Shown here in pieces: positions 1 to 9,416 of a stretch of 32,000 bases of DNA. Origin of the DNA: Thalassolituus hydrocarboniclasticus (GTDB taxonomy: Bacteria > Pseudomonadota > Gammaproteobacteria > Pseudomonadales > Oceanobacteraceae); assembly GCF_025345565.1 (NCBI RefSeq), contig NZ_CP054475.1, positions 2,844,006-2,876,005 on the forward strand, written 5' to 3'. The position numbers and the translations under genes were made by a program. Position 1 is the first letter of the stretch. Every line of letters begins with the position of its first letter. The notes below the pieces were generated by a model, which was not told the origin of the DNA, did no database searches, and worked only from the letters and a program-made list of their open reading frames with translations.

Positions 1-421
1 TATTACTGGCAATGGTATCCCGCTGGCGCTGAACGGTGCGGTGCATCTCCCGCATACGATAAAACGAGCTGATTTTTGCCTGTAAAATAATGTGGTTATA
101 AGGTTTGCTGAGAAAGTCATCGCCGCCGGATTCCAGACAATCAGCAAGACTCTGTGCATCAGTAAGAGAGGTAAGAAAGATGACCGGAACAAAATCCTCT
201 CCGGCATCCGCCTTAATTCGACGAGCAGCCTCACGGCCATCCATCACCGGCATCATAACATCCATCAGAATGATATCCGGCCGGTGCTGGTCAAAGGCAT
301 GAACTGCCTCAACACCATTTTCCGCTTCCAGCACCTGATAACCCTGATTACGCACTATGCGCGACAGCACCATCCGGTCAATCTGATTATCATCCGCAAT
401 CAGAACTTTAATGGCATCCAT
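1..421 (-). CDS. Response regulator, receiver domain (5' part of the gene). The C-terminal output domain lies beyond the window edge. An RsbU/HsbR-like PP2C output is suspected from context only.
   Basis: My own minus-strand translation from the ATG at 421..419 gives MDAIKVLIADDNQIDRMVLSRIVRNQGYQVLEAENGVEAVHAFDQHRPDIILMDVMMPVMDGREAARRIKADAGEDFVPVIFLTSLTD...DDFLSKPY. This is the CheY-like DD/D/T/K signature. The gene is missing from the ORF track because it runs off the window. It starts 11 nt downstream of the STAS gene stop. Confidence 0.8.
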   Translation of the reverse strand, partial: MDAIKVLIADDNQIDRMVLSRIVRNQGYQVLEAENGVEAVHAFDQHRPDIILMDVMMPVMDGREAARRIKADAGEDFVPVIFLTSLTDAQSLADCLESGGDDFLSKPYNHIILQAKISSFYRMREMHRTVQRQRDTIASN

Positions 422-432
422 GCAATGTTAAC

Positions 433-738
433 TTACTGTATTTTGAACAGCTGTTCGAAATTTGAAATCGTCAGTATTTTCCGCACATCCTGGTTACAGT
501 TCACAATGCGTACGTCGGCGTTATCACCACCGGCATGATCCCTTAGCAGTAGTAACATTCCCAGCGCCGAACTATCCAGATAGGATGTTCCACCGAGATC
601 AACAACATAGCTTTGTACATCCGCCGCCATGTTTTCATAAGCATCACGGAATTCCTGATGTGCACTGAAGTCAAAACGTCCGTCGACTTTAATCGTCAGT
701 TCCCGCCCATTCCCTGCAAGAGATGCTTGTACAGTCAT
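433..738 (-). CDS. STAS-domain anti-sigma-factor antagonist (SpoIIAA/RsbV/HsbA-like), 101 aa
   Basis: The translation is MTVQASLAGNGRELTIKVDGRFDF...VVDLGGTSYLDSSALGMLLLL...ILTISNFEQLFKIQ. It carries the canonical phosphorylatable-serine motif DSSALG. I moved the start to the ATG at 738, which has a GGAGAA RBS 6 nt upstream. The 26 extra N-terminal residues in the ORF track look spurious. Confidence 0.8.
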   Translation of the reverse strand: MTVQASLAGNGRELTIKVDGRFDFSAHQEFRDAYENMAADVQSYVVDLGGTSYLDSSALGMLLLLRDHAGGDNADVRIVNCNQDVRKILTISNFEQLFKIQ

Positions 739-957
739 CTGTTCTTCTCCACCGGATAATAATGATTCCTTAAACCAAACGGGATTCTTCCGTCTTTGGT
801 TATGCAACAAGAACATTATCCTGAGTTTTGTAATACTTGCCTGACTACAATTTACAGGATTATCTGATTCTGTCGTTATCGCATGATTCCTTCAATAGGT
901 TTAGCACAAAGATGTCTTTTGTCATTGTCGCTTATCACAGCCTGCCACATAAAATTC

Positions 958-1995
958 TTATACCGCTGCCTCCAGCATCAGCTCAGCAATTCGCGACAGA
1001 GGCGCGACTTTATCGACTGCGCCAAGGTCAATTGCGGCCTTAGGCATGCCCCAGACAACACTGCTGGCTTCGTCCTGGGCCAGAGTGTAAGCACCAGCGT
1101 CATGCAACCGCTGCATCGCTTTGGCACCGTCAGCCCCCATGCCTGTAAGCATGACAGCAACCAGACGCTTTCCATCCATTTTTTCAGCCAGATCATCAAA
1201 CATAACCTCAACCGATGGCCGGTGGCGATTTACTTTTTCACCATCATCCAGAATACAGTAATAACTCTGCCCTTCACGACGGAAACGCAGATGGTAATCA
1301 CCATGGGCAATGATCGCCCGGCCAGGCCGAACCTCCAGACCGTCACAGGCCTCACGGACTTCTATCTCCATCGTACGATCGAGACGCATCGCCAGTGAGG
1401 CACTGAATACAGCCGGTATATGCTGCGTAATCACAACAGGAGGGCAATGAGCCGGCAAGCGGCTCAACACTTCCCGGATCGCTTCAGTTCCTCCGGTAGA
1501 TGATCCGATCACAATCCAGCGACGATAATTAACAGACGCCTGCACTACGGGCAGAGGCCTTAATACTTTTGCACTACTCAGGGGCTGCACTCTGGCACGG
1601 GATGCCATGCGGACTTTATCGGTCAAAGCCGCTGCGAAGGACAGAAAGCTTTCTTCATTGTGCGCCTGCGGCTTAGTTATGTAATCTACCGCCCCCATTT
1701 CCAGAGCATCCAGCGTAGCGGGAGCACCGGCTTCAGTCAGAGTAGAGACCATAACCACAGGCATCGGTCGCAGCCGCATCAGGTTATTCAGGAACTGCAG
1801 GCCATTCATTCTTGGCATTTCAACATCCAGAGTCAGAACATCCGGATTCAGCTGCTTGATTTTCTCCCGTGCAATAAAGGGATCAGCCGCCATGCCGATC
1901 ACTTCGATATCCTCAGTGGCATCAAACACTTCTTTAAGCATTTTTCTGATGAGCACCGAGTCATCTATGATTAACAATCTGATCTTATTGCTCAT
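958..1995 (-). CDS. cheB: Chemotaxis response regulator / protein-glutamate methylesterase CheB
   Basis: 345 aa. The N-terminal receiver reads IRLLIIDDS...LTLDVEMPRMNG. The C-terminal CheB esterase domain reads IVIGSSTGGTEA and LTGMGADGA. It is the last gene of the che operon. Confidence 0.95.
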   Translation of the reverse strand: MSNKIRLLIIDDSVLIRKMLKEVFDATEDIEVIGMAADPFIAREKIKQLNPDVLTLDVEMPRMNGLQFLNNLMRLRPMPVVMVSTLTEAGAPATLDALEMGAVDYITKPQAHNEESFLSFAAALTDKVRMASRARVQPLSSAKVLRPLPVVQASVNYRRWIVIGSSTGGTEAIREVLSRLPAHCPPVVITQHIPAVFSASLAMRLDRTMEIEVREACDGLEVRPGRAIIAHGDYHLRFRREGQSYYCILDDGEKVNRHRPSVEVMFDDLAEKMDGKRLVAVMLTGMGADGAKAMQRLHDAGAYTLAQDEASSVVWGMPKAAIDLGAVDKVAPLSRIAELMLEAAV

Positions 1996-2003
1996 AATTC
2001 CTC

Positions 2004-2657
2004 TCAGAACAGATCAACAGAGGTAGCATCAGGTTCAGATGATTGCGAAACCGCTTTTTTGTATGCTTCTTCCCGAACGATCAGTGTATCGTTCTGCAGT
2101 TGTTTGATACGCCGCACCTTTACAGATCCGGTATCAGGAAAATAAAGAACTTTCCGGGCAAATACATCACCAACATCTGAAGCAACCACGGTAATGTTCT
2201 CATTTGCCAGATAGTTATAGGCAAACAGTATATTACGCTGCCCAATATCACTCATCGAAGCAATCATCTGTCCACCACCAAACAGTTTTACTTCCAGATT
2301 TTCGCGCCGGCCGCCCCGCTTGAGTATCTCGTTAATCAGATATTCCATAGCCCAGTTGCCATAGCGGGAAGCATGGGTTGATGGATTTGTTCCCCATACA
2401 TCTGATGAATGCTCACCCTGCTCAGGAAGCATAAAATGATTCATCCCACCAATACCACGGACACGATCACGGATACAGGCTGCAATACATGAACCAAGCA
2501 CTGTTACGATCATTTCACCATGTGTTGAGACATAGAATTCTCCCGGAAGGATTTTTGCAGCCCAGGTCTGATGAACGTTATCCCAGTAACGGTTAACATG
2601 CTCAAACCCTGCACTGACAGGTGGCTGAACCGGACGTCCGGATAGAATCATGGTCAT
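2004..2657 (-). CDS. cheD: Chemoreceptor glutamine deamidase CheD
   Basis: 217 aa of the CheD family, with the catalytic-Cys context VLGSCIAACIRD. Its start overlaps the cheR stop (ATGA at 2654-2657). Confidence 0.9.
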   Translation of the reverse strand: MTMILSGRPVQPPVSAGFEHVNRYWDNVHQTWAAKILPGEFYVSTHGEMIVTVLGSCIAACIRDRVRGIGGMNHFMLPEQGEHSSDVWGTNPSTHASRYGNWAMEYLINEILKRGGRRENLEVKLFGGGQMIASMSDIGQRNILFAYNYLANENITVVASDVGDVFARKVLYFPDTGSVKVRRIKQLQNDTLIVREEAYKKAVSQSSEPDATSVDLF

Positions 2658-3511
2658 TTTATTTTCCGGTAGATAGTATTTCCCAATGATTCAAATCGAT
2701 CAGTTATCCCAGATAGATTTTCTGAGTGCCCGATCATGAGGTGTCCTCCGATGGGCAGAAGATCGGCATACCGGTCGAAAAGAATCCGCTGTGTATCTTT
2801 ATTAAAATAAATAACAACATTACGGCAGAAAATCACATCAAACGGGCCTTTAACAGGCCAGTTTTCGAGAAGGTTCAGGCGCTTGAAATAAACCAGACTC
2901 CTGATTTCATCTTTAACCTGAACCGAGCGTTCATCACGACTACGCAGGAAGAATCTCTTAACTAACCCCTGCTCCAGCCCTTCAACATGAGATGCCGGAT
3001 ATACTCCGGAGCGGCCGGTGTCCAGTACATTAGAGTCCAGATCCGTAGCCAGAATTTTGATATCCCAGTCTGACGGAAAACCAACCTGCCGGAGAGTAAT
3101 TGCAATTGAGTAGGCTTCCTGTCCGATAGAGCAACCTGCCGACCAGATACGTAATCGCTTGCGCTCTTTGTTAGCAAATCTCAACTGCGGAAACAGCGCT
3201 TCCTTCAGAAAAGTGAAATGATGTTCTTCACGAAAGAAAGAAGTCAGATTCGTTGTCAGCGAATTAATGAATTCTGTGGATTCAGCATCCAGATTCTTCT
3301 CCAGATAATCAAGATACTGACGAAAGGTAGAATAGCCGCACGCCCGAACACGTCGGGCAATCCGGCTGTAGACCATATTACGTTTATGGTTTCCCAGAAC
3401 AATACCTGTGAGTTCTCCCGCCAGATGAGCGATCTGTGCGAAGTCCTCATCGGTCATCAGGAATTCACGGACTTCGCTGCCAGCCTCCGGCGCTACAATT
3501 TGCATAGTCAT
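2654..3511 (-). CDS. cheR: Chemotaxis protein methyltransferase CheR
   Basis: 285 aa. It has a CheR N-terminal helical domain (NLTSFFREEHHF) and a SAM-binding motif (LRIWSAGCSIGQEAYS). Confidence 0.95.
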   Translation of the reverse strand: MTMQIVAPEAGSEVREFLMTDEDFAQIAHLAGELTGIVLGNHKRNMVYSRIARRVRACGYSTFRQYLDYLEKNLDAESTEFINSLTTNLTSFFREEHHFTFLKEALFPQLRFANKERKRLRIWSAGCSIGQEAYSIAITLRQVGFPSDWDIKILATDLDSNVLDTGRSGVYPASHVEGLEQGLVKRFFLRSRDERSVQVKDEIRSLVYFKRLNLLENWPVKGPFDVIFCRNVVIYFNKDTQRILFDRYADLLPIGGHLMIGHSENLSGITDRFESLGNTIYRKIK

Positions 3512-3521
3512 AAATCAGCAA

Positions 3522-6047
3522 TCAGAACTCTGCCCATTCATCATCGTCATCCTTAACAGACAAGCCCATGTTTTTCTGACCATGAGTGTGCCCTCCGTTT
3601 TGAGCAACAACTGCAGGTTTAGGCGCTGAAACCGGAGTTAATGCTGGTGCCATTTGACGCGGGTGGCCATCAACACTGAAGAACTCCATCATCTGCAGCA
3701 TGGACTGAGCCTGTTCAGCCATAGCCTCACCTGCAGCCGAAGCCTCTTCAACCAATGCAGCATTTTGCTGGGTCATTTCGTCCATTTGAGCGACGGCACT
3801 GTTTACCTGCTCAATACCGGACGATTGCTCTCTGGCTGCCGTACTGATTTCCTGAATCATCACCGACACCCGATCCACAGCCTGGATAATTTCACTCAGT
3901 GTTTTCCCTGATTCGTTAACCAGCGATGTACCCGCATCAACCTTATCAACACTGTCACGGATCAGATCTTTAATTTCACGGGCGGCACCTGCTGAGCGCT
4001 GCGCCAGATTACGGACTTCGCCCGCAACTACCGCAAAGCCACGGCCCTGCTCACCTGCTCTTGCTGCTTCAACCGCAGCATTAAGAGCCAGAAGGTTGGT
4101 CTGGAAGGCAATTTCATCAATCACACTGATAATATCTGCGATCTTTTTACTGGCCGCATTAATCTCATCCATTGCGACCACAGCTTTGCTGACAACATCC
4201 CCGCCGACCTGAGCTTTTTGTTTCGCAGAGCTGGCCAGCTCATTGGCATGTACTGAGTTTTCGCTGGTTTGCTTCACAGCACTGGTCATCTCTTCCATGC
4301 TGGAAGCGGTTTCTTCCAGACTGGATGCCTGCGATTCTGTCCGCTTACTCAGATCGGCATTACCCTGAGCGATTTCACTGGCACCGGTTGAAACCGTTGA
4401 TGCCGCTTCACGGATACGCGTAATAATATCGGTCAGACGATCAACGGTAGCGTTAGCATCCTGCTTGAGCTTATCGAATGCCCCCTGATAATCATCGTCA
4501 ATTTTTCGCGTTAAATTTCCATGTGCAAGTGCATCAAATACACGGATTGTGTCGCTGATAACACTATCGGCGATGGTCAGCAGACGATTCAGCCCCTGAC
4601 CAAGGTTCAGGAAAAATCCTTCCTTGCCGCTCAGATCAATACGACGGGAGAGATCACCGGAAGCTGCTGCTTCTACAATACGATCAATTTCCTGTTCAGC
4701 CGATACCTCATCGGTACGGTCTTTCCATTCGACAATAGTGCCGATGCGTTCTTTTTCATCATTGAAAATTGGGTTAGCAATCAGACCAAAGGTACGGCCA
4801 CCGACAGTGATCTGGGTTTTATAGGTATTCTGCAAGGCAGCCAGCATAGTGCGCTGGTGCTCCGGCCGCTTATGGAAGACATCAATATTCTGTCCTTCCA
4901 AGCGACTTGCATCGAATCCGGGGATATCCAGCCGTAAATCAGATTCGGCATTCTTCATCATGCTTTTTACAGCCTGATTCATGTATACGATGTGCAAGTC
5001 ATTGTCCGCGATCATCGCATTAGTAGTGACAACATCCAGCGCCTGCTTAACACGGGCATTACTGTCAGCCATCTGCTTTTCACTCGCCAGGCGGGCAAGC
5101 TCTGCAGTCATATCCTGCCATTCGACGACAGTGCCAAGGCGTTCACTTTTCTCATTGAATACCGGTGAGGCGACAAGGTTAAAAGTCCGGCCTCCTACAG
5201 AAATTCTGGTCTGATAAATACTTTTCAGACTGCTCAGCATTGCACGCTGATGTTCAGGGTTTTTGTGGAATATATCGATATTCGATCCCAGCACCTTATC
5301 GACAGAGAAATGCGGAAGATCCTTCTTAAGATCTGATTCCGCCTGACTGAGCATTTCCTGAACAGAGCCGTTAAGATAAATAACATTGTTGTTCTCATCA
5401 GCCATCATGACATTGGCCTGACACACATCCAATGCCTGCTTAATACGCTGATTTTCCTGAGAGAGTCTTTGCTCACGCTCCTCCTGACGTAAAGCTTCTG
5501 TCTGATCCAGCCACTCAACAACCGTTCCGAGACGTGAACCTGAAGATGAAAAAAGAGGTGTAGCTATCAGGTTAAAAGACCGGCCACCAACTTTGATGTT
5601 GGCGTTATATTTCGTTTTGAGTGATGCAATCATGGATTTCTGGTGCGAAGGATCCTTATGAAATACATCCATATTCGTTCCCAGCAGAGTCCTTACAGAG
5701 AATGCAGGAAGATCCTTCTGAATATCACTCTCGGCTGCATTCAGCATTTCCTTCACCGAATCATTCAGATAACGGATGTTATTCTGAGAGTCTGCAATCA
5801 TTACATTGGTATTGCATACTTCGAGAGCTTTACTCAGACGCTCAGATTCTTCTGCAGAAGCACCTGAAATTCCTCCTCGCCCGGATTGATAACTGATACC
5901 GGCACTTACGGCCAGGGCAATCAAACTGACAAGGAGATTTACAACCGTGTCGTCAGTGCGGTTAACCGATAAATATAACAACGCCAGAATCACCGGAGAA
6001 AGTGGTATGGCAACAGATAGAAACGGATTTTTCATTGCATTGTTCAT
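3522..6047 (-). CDS. Methyl-accepting chemotaxis protein, Aer2-like. Architecture: two-TM hairpin, three tandem PAS domains, HAMP-like region, MCP signalling domain, C-terminal EWAEF pentapeptide.
   Basis: The signalling domain reads [41 protein letters not shown]. There are three 130-aa PAS repeats, each containing FHK-P-HQ and VEW-D-T motifs. I moved the start to the ATG at 6047 (MNNAMKNPF...), 1 nt after the cheW stop. The longer track ORF would overlap cheW by 32 nt. Confidence 0.9.
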   Translation of the reverse strand: MNNAMKNPFLSVAIPLSPVILALLYLSVNRTDDTVVNLLVSLIALAVSAGISYQSGRGGISGASAEESERLSKALEVCNTNVMIADSQNNIRYLNDSVKEMLNAAESDIQKDLPAFSVRTLLGTNMDVFHKDPSHQKSMIASLKTKYNANIKVGGRSFNLIATPLFSSSGSRLGTVVEWLDQTEALRQEEREQRLSQENQRIKQALDVCQANVMMADENNNVIYLNGSVQEMLSQAESDLKKDLPHFSVDKVLGSNIDIFHKNPEHQRAMLSSLKSIYQTRISVGGRTFNLVASPVFNEKSERLGTVVEWQDMTAELARLASEKQMADSNARVKQALDVVTTNAMIADNDLHIVYMNQAVKSMMKNAESDLRLDIPGFDASRLEGQNIDVFHKRPEHQRTMLAALQNTYKTQITVGGRTFGLIANPIFNDEKERIGTIVEWKDRTDEVSAEQEIDRIVEAAASGDLSRRIDLSGKEGFFLNLGQGLNRLLTIADSVISDTIRVFDALAHGNLTRKIDDDYQGAFDKLKQDANATVDRLTDIITRIREAASTVSTGASEIAQGNADLSKRTESQASSLEETASSMEEMTSAVKQTSENSVHANELASSAKQKAQVGGDVVSKAVVAMDEINAASKKIADIISVIDEIAFQTNLLALNAAVEAARAGEQGRGFAVVAGEVRNLAQRSAGAAREIKDLIRDSVDKVDAGTSLVNESGKTLSEIIQAVDRVSVMIQEISTAAREQSSGIEQVNSAVAQMDEMTQQNAALVEEASAAGEAMAEQAQSMLQMMEFFSVDGHPRQMAPALTPVSAPKPAVVAQNGGHTHGQKNMGLSVKDDDDEWAEF
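4710..5834 (-). repeat. Three tandem 390-bp (130-aa) PAS-coding repeats inside the MCP gene
   Basis: The repeat units start at residues 83, 213 and 343 of the 852-aa track ORF, so the period is exactly 130 aa. Shared strings are ALDV...N-M-AD, AESD, FHK-P-HQ, VGGR-F-L-A-P-F and RLGT-VEW-D-T. Confidence 0.75.
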
Positions 6048-6048
6048 A

Positions 6049-6588
6049 TTATTCGGCCTCAGATCCCTGATAAGATTCATGCCTTAAAATAGCGCCATCT
6101 TCAAAACTGCCCTGGATAGACAAGAGCTTGCCTACATCAAGAAGAATGACCATTTTCTCGTTAACGTTAACCAGCCCTTTTATAAATCCTGAATTTTTGT
6201 CTTCGGTAAGTTCCGGCGGTTTACGTGTGGATGCATCTGCAATGGTATAAACATCAGACACAGCATCGACCACGATTCCCATAACCCGCTCACCGCTATC
6301 GCGTTCAACTTTCAGAATAATGACAACCGTCACAGGGCTGTATTCAATACGTTTAAGACCAAAACGGATACGCAAGTCCATAATCGGTACAATTGTTCCA
6401 CGGAGATTAATAACACCACGGATGTACTCAGGCGCATTGGGTATCAGGGTTGATTCTTCCCAGCCCCGTATTTCCTGAACAGCAAGAATATCAACACCAT
6501 ATTCTTCATCTGACATCATGAAAGTAAGATATTGCTGTTCATCGGCAGTACCCGATTCACTTTTTCCTGAACTTGTTACAACATCCAT
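6049..6588 (-). CDS. cheW: Chemotaxis coupling protein CheW
   Basis: 179 aa with a CheW-like domain ([25 protein letters not shown]...[14 protein letters not shown]). It lies between cheA and the MCP gene. Confidence 0.9.
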   Translation of the reverse strand: MDVVTSSGKSESGTADEQQYLTFMMSDEEYGVDILAVQEIRGWEESTLIPNAPEYIRGVINLRGTIVPIMDLRIRFGLKRIEYSPVTVVIILKVERDSGERVMGIVVDAVSDVYTIADASTRKPPELTEDKNSGFIKGLVNVNEKMVILLDVGKLLSIQGSFEDGAILRHESYQGSEAE

Positions 6589-6596
6589 AATATTTC

Positions 6597-8717
6597 CTAT
6601 GCTGCCTGATCTGGCCGGGCATGGCCCGTCACAGATTTATCCAGATTTTTACCGACGTCAGAAACATCAATAATTAATGCAACGGTTCCATCACCAAGAA
6701 TAGTAGCGCCAGATACCCCGGTAACTCTCTGATAGTTTTGTTCCAGACTTTTAATAACAACCTGCTGCTGGCCGAGAAGATCATCAACAACAATGCCTAT
6801 CTTTTCATTATCACCCTCGACCACGACCAGCATCGGGTTTTCGAACTCATCCTCAGTAGCGCGAAGATTGAACAGTTCATCAAGGCGAACAATTGGGATG
6901 TATTCATCCCGTAGTTTCATCACATACTGACTGCCAGTCACATGATTCAGCGAGCGCTTCTGCAGCTGAATGGACTCAACAATAGAAACCAGAGGGAAAA
7001 TATAGGTTTCGTCTTTCACCTTAACCAGCTGACCATCAAGAATCGCCAGGGTCAGCGGTAAACGAATGATGAAGGTAGATCCTTTACCAAGTTTGGATTT
7101 CACCTCAATACTGCCATTAAGCTCAGTGATATTACGCCGGACAACATCCATTCCGACACCGCGACCGGAGATATCACTAACGACATCGGCGGTAGAAAAC
7201 CCCGGGAGGAAAATAAGCTGATGGATCTCTTCACTGCTGAGTTCCTGAGTTTCCGGAATCAGTTTTTTCTGCCTGGCTTTATTTAAAATCCGCTCTTCAT
7301 TCAGCCCGGCGCCATCGTCTTTTACTTCAATAACGATATTACCGCCCTGATGATAAGCGTTCAGAGTGATAGTCCCCTCTGCAGGTTTACCGGCAGCCAG
7401 ACGCTGTTCCGTTGTTTCCAGACCATGATCAAGAGAATTACGTACCAGATGTACCAATGGATCGCCGATTTTTTCCATCACGGTTTTATCCAGCTCGGTA
7501 TTTTCACCCAGCATGACCAGATTTACCTGTTTTCCCAGCTGTCCGCCCAGGTCACGAACCAGACGCGGGAAGCGGCTGAACGCGAAACTGATCGGCATCA
7601 TGCGGATCTTCATCACGCTTTCCTGCAGCTCTCGGGTATTCTGTTCTAACTGCGCAAGTCCTTCCTGCAGGCGGGCAAGACGGCTCATATCAAAATCCTG
7701 CCCCAATTGTCCGAGCATAGACTGAGTAATAACCAGCTCACCGACCATATTAATAAGACTGTCGACTTTATCGATGGATACCCGGATAGATGAAGGCTCA
7801 TTAGATTTAACAGCCGCACGGGGAGTCGCAGCAGGTGCGGGTTTATTAGCTGCAGATGCGCTGAGTGCCTCTGTAACTTTATCCGGTATTGCCGGAGCAG
7901 TTAGCTCCGCACTGATGTCAGAGGGTTCTGTTTCTGCCTCCGCCTGGTCTGCCAGCGCAGTACCGTCATCGGCGGCAACGGCTGATAACGGCTGATATTC
8001 AATCTCACAATCATCTGCAACCCATTCAAATACACCGGAGATATCATCGCGACTGGTATCGCCACGCACTTCCAGAATCCAGCTGAGGTAACATTGTTCA
8101 GGATGCAGGCTGGTAAACTCAGGCAGATTATCGGTTACCGGGGTTACGCTCAGATTGTCGGCACCGACCAGTTCCTGCAGTTCGCGGAACATACGGAATG
8201 GTTCGTTACCGGTTTGCAGAATATCTTCTGCCGGACGGAAAATAATGCGCCAGCCCTGAATGCTACTGTCTGCTGATGTTTCCTCCGGTTCCTGCCGTTC
8301 TGAAGGTACTTGCTGCTCAGCGTCCGAAGGCTGCTTCAGTATTTTTTCAAAGCTGGATTTTAACGCAGCTGCGCGTTCACCATCCGGTTCCGAGCCAGCC
8401 TGAAGACTACCAAGCATCGCCCGCAGACAGTCAACTGACTGCAGAAAAAGATCAATATAATCACGCTGCATACTGCGGCTGCCACTGCGGATTTCATCCA
8501 GTAGTGTTTCTACGACATGGGTAAATTCCGAAACCTGCATAAAGCCAAAGGTACCGGCACCACCTTTAATTGAGTGAGCAGCACGAAAAATAGTATTAAC
8601 ACTTTCCGCATCGACTTCCTGCGGCTGCAGGTCCAGCAATTGACTCTCCATCACATCGAGTCCTTCGAAGCTTTCTTCGAAGAAGATTTGATGAAACTGC
8701 GAAAGATCGATGCTCAT
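6597..8717 (-). CDS. cheA: Chemotaxis histidine kinase CheA
   Basis: 706 aa. It has an Hpt domain (FRAAHSIKGGAGTFG), dimerisation and HATPase domains (HLVRNSLDHG, DDGAGL, GRGVGMDVV) and a C-terminal CheW-like domain. Confidence 0.95.
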   Translation of the reverse strand: MSIDLSQFHQIFFEESFEGLDVMESQLLDLQPQEVDAESVNTIFRAAHSIKGGAGTFGFMQVSEFTHVVETLLDEIRSGSRSMQRDYIDLFLQSVDCLRAMLGSLQAGSEPDGERAAALKSSFEKILKQPSDAEQQVPSERQEPEETSADSSIQGWRIIFRPAEDILQTGNEPFRMFRELQELVGADNLSVTPVTDNLPEFTSLHPEQCYLSWILEVRGDTSRDDISGVFEWVADDCEIEYQPLSAVAADDGTALADQAEAETEPSDISAELTAPAIPDKVTEALSASAANKPAPAATPRAAVKSNEPSSIRVSIDKVDSLINMVGELVITQSMLGQLGQDFDMSRLARLQEGLAQLEQNTRELQESVMKIRMMPISFAFSRFPRLVRDLGGQLGKQVNLVMLGENTELDKTVMEKIGDPLVHLVRNSLDHGLETTEQRLAAGKPAEGTITLNAYHQGGNIVIEVKDDGAGLNEERILNKARQKKLIPETQELSSEEIHQLIFLPGFSTADVVSDISGRGVGMDVVRRNITELNGSIEVKSKLGKGSTFIIRLPLTLAILDGQLVKVKDETYIFPLVSIVESIQLQKRSLNHVTGSQYVMKLRDEYIPIVRLDELFNLRATEDEFENPMLVVVEGDNEKIGIVVDDLLGQQQVVIKSLEQNYQRVTGVSGATILGDGTVALIIDVSDVGKNLDKSVTGHARPDQAA

Positions 8718-8722
8718 ACCGG

Positions 8723-9085
8723 TTACCCCAGAACGCGTTTGATCGTGCTCAGAAGCTGTTCCGGATTAAAAGGTTTTACAATCCACCCTGTTGCTCCGGC
8801 CTGCTTTCCCTGTGCTTTTACGTCTCCAGCCGATTCAGTCGTCAGCATAAGTACGGGCACAAACTTATAATCGGCCAGTTGGCGTAATTCCTTAACTAAT
8901 TCGATGCCATTCATATTCGGCATGTTCACATCGGACAGCACCAGGTCATATTTTTTCTTACTGGCAAATTCCAGCGCCTGTACGCCATCGCAGGCCTCCT
9001 GCACATCATGCCCGGCACCACGAAGGGTAAAAGACACCATCTGTCGCATGGATGCAGAGTCATCGACAGCTAAAATACTCGCCAT
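8723..9085 (-). CDS. cheY: Single-domain chemotaxis response regulator CheY
   Basis: 120 aa. Motifs are ILAVDDS, LVLSDVNMPNMNG, LMLTTE and IVKPF. It lies 5 nt upstream of cheA. Confidence 0.9.
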   Translation of the reverse strand: MASILAVDDSASMRQMVSFTLRGAGHDVQEACDGVQALEFASKKKYDLVLSDVNMPNMNGIELVKELRQLADYKFVPVLMLTTESAGDVKAQGKQAGATGWIVKPFNPEQLLSTIKRVLG

Positions 9086-9134
9086 ATTACAGCTCCTGTT
9101 GTTTAAAAATCGTTCAAGGCCCGGCAGGTTAATC

Positions 9135-9416
9135 TTATTCGCTAAGATTTAATTCGCTGGTCAGCCCAAGATAAGCAGAGATTTCCCGCACCGAATCGCT
9201 GACACTTTGCCAGTGAATTCTGTGGCCGGTTTTTTCCAGCGTTCTTTGCAGCGACAGCACCAGCTGAAGACCCGCCGTATCACAATATTGCACCTGACCT
9301 GCTATCAGACTGATATCTCCAGCGGTGGCCAATGCCTGCTCGGCGCTGGCATACAGCTTTTCAACCTGTTCAATACTGAGCCGTTCGCCGCAGTCGATGG
9401 TGACGCTATCAGTCAT
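9135..9416 (-). CDS. Small STAS-domain protein (anti-sigma antagonist-like), first gene of the che operon
   Basis: 93 aa. The STAS-like core reads ISLIAGQVQYCDTAGLQLVLSLQR, with DTAGL where canonical antagonists have DSSG. The STAS assignment comes from motif and length only. Confidence 0.6.
   Translation of the reverse strand: MTDSVTIDCGERLSIEQVEKLYASAEQALATAGDISLIAGQVQYCDTAGLQLVLSLQRTLEKTGHRIHWQSVSDSVREISAYLGLTSELNLSE

Noticed and set aside
772-801. A bulged hairpin (AACCAAA-GA-CGG...CCG-TTTGGTT on the minus strand) about 35-65 nt upstream of the 101-aa STAS gene
   Set aside because: It is not followed by a U-run, so it is not a convincing cheB terminator. I have no independent evidence for a regulatory role, so it is noted only as a possible leader structure.
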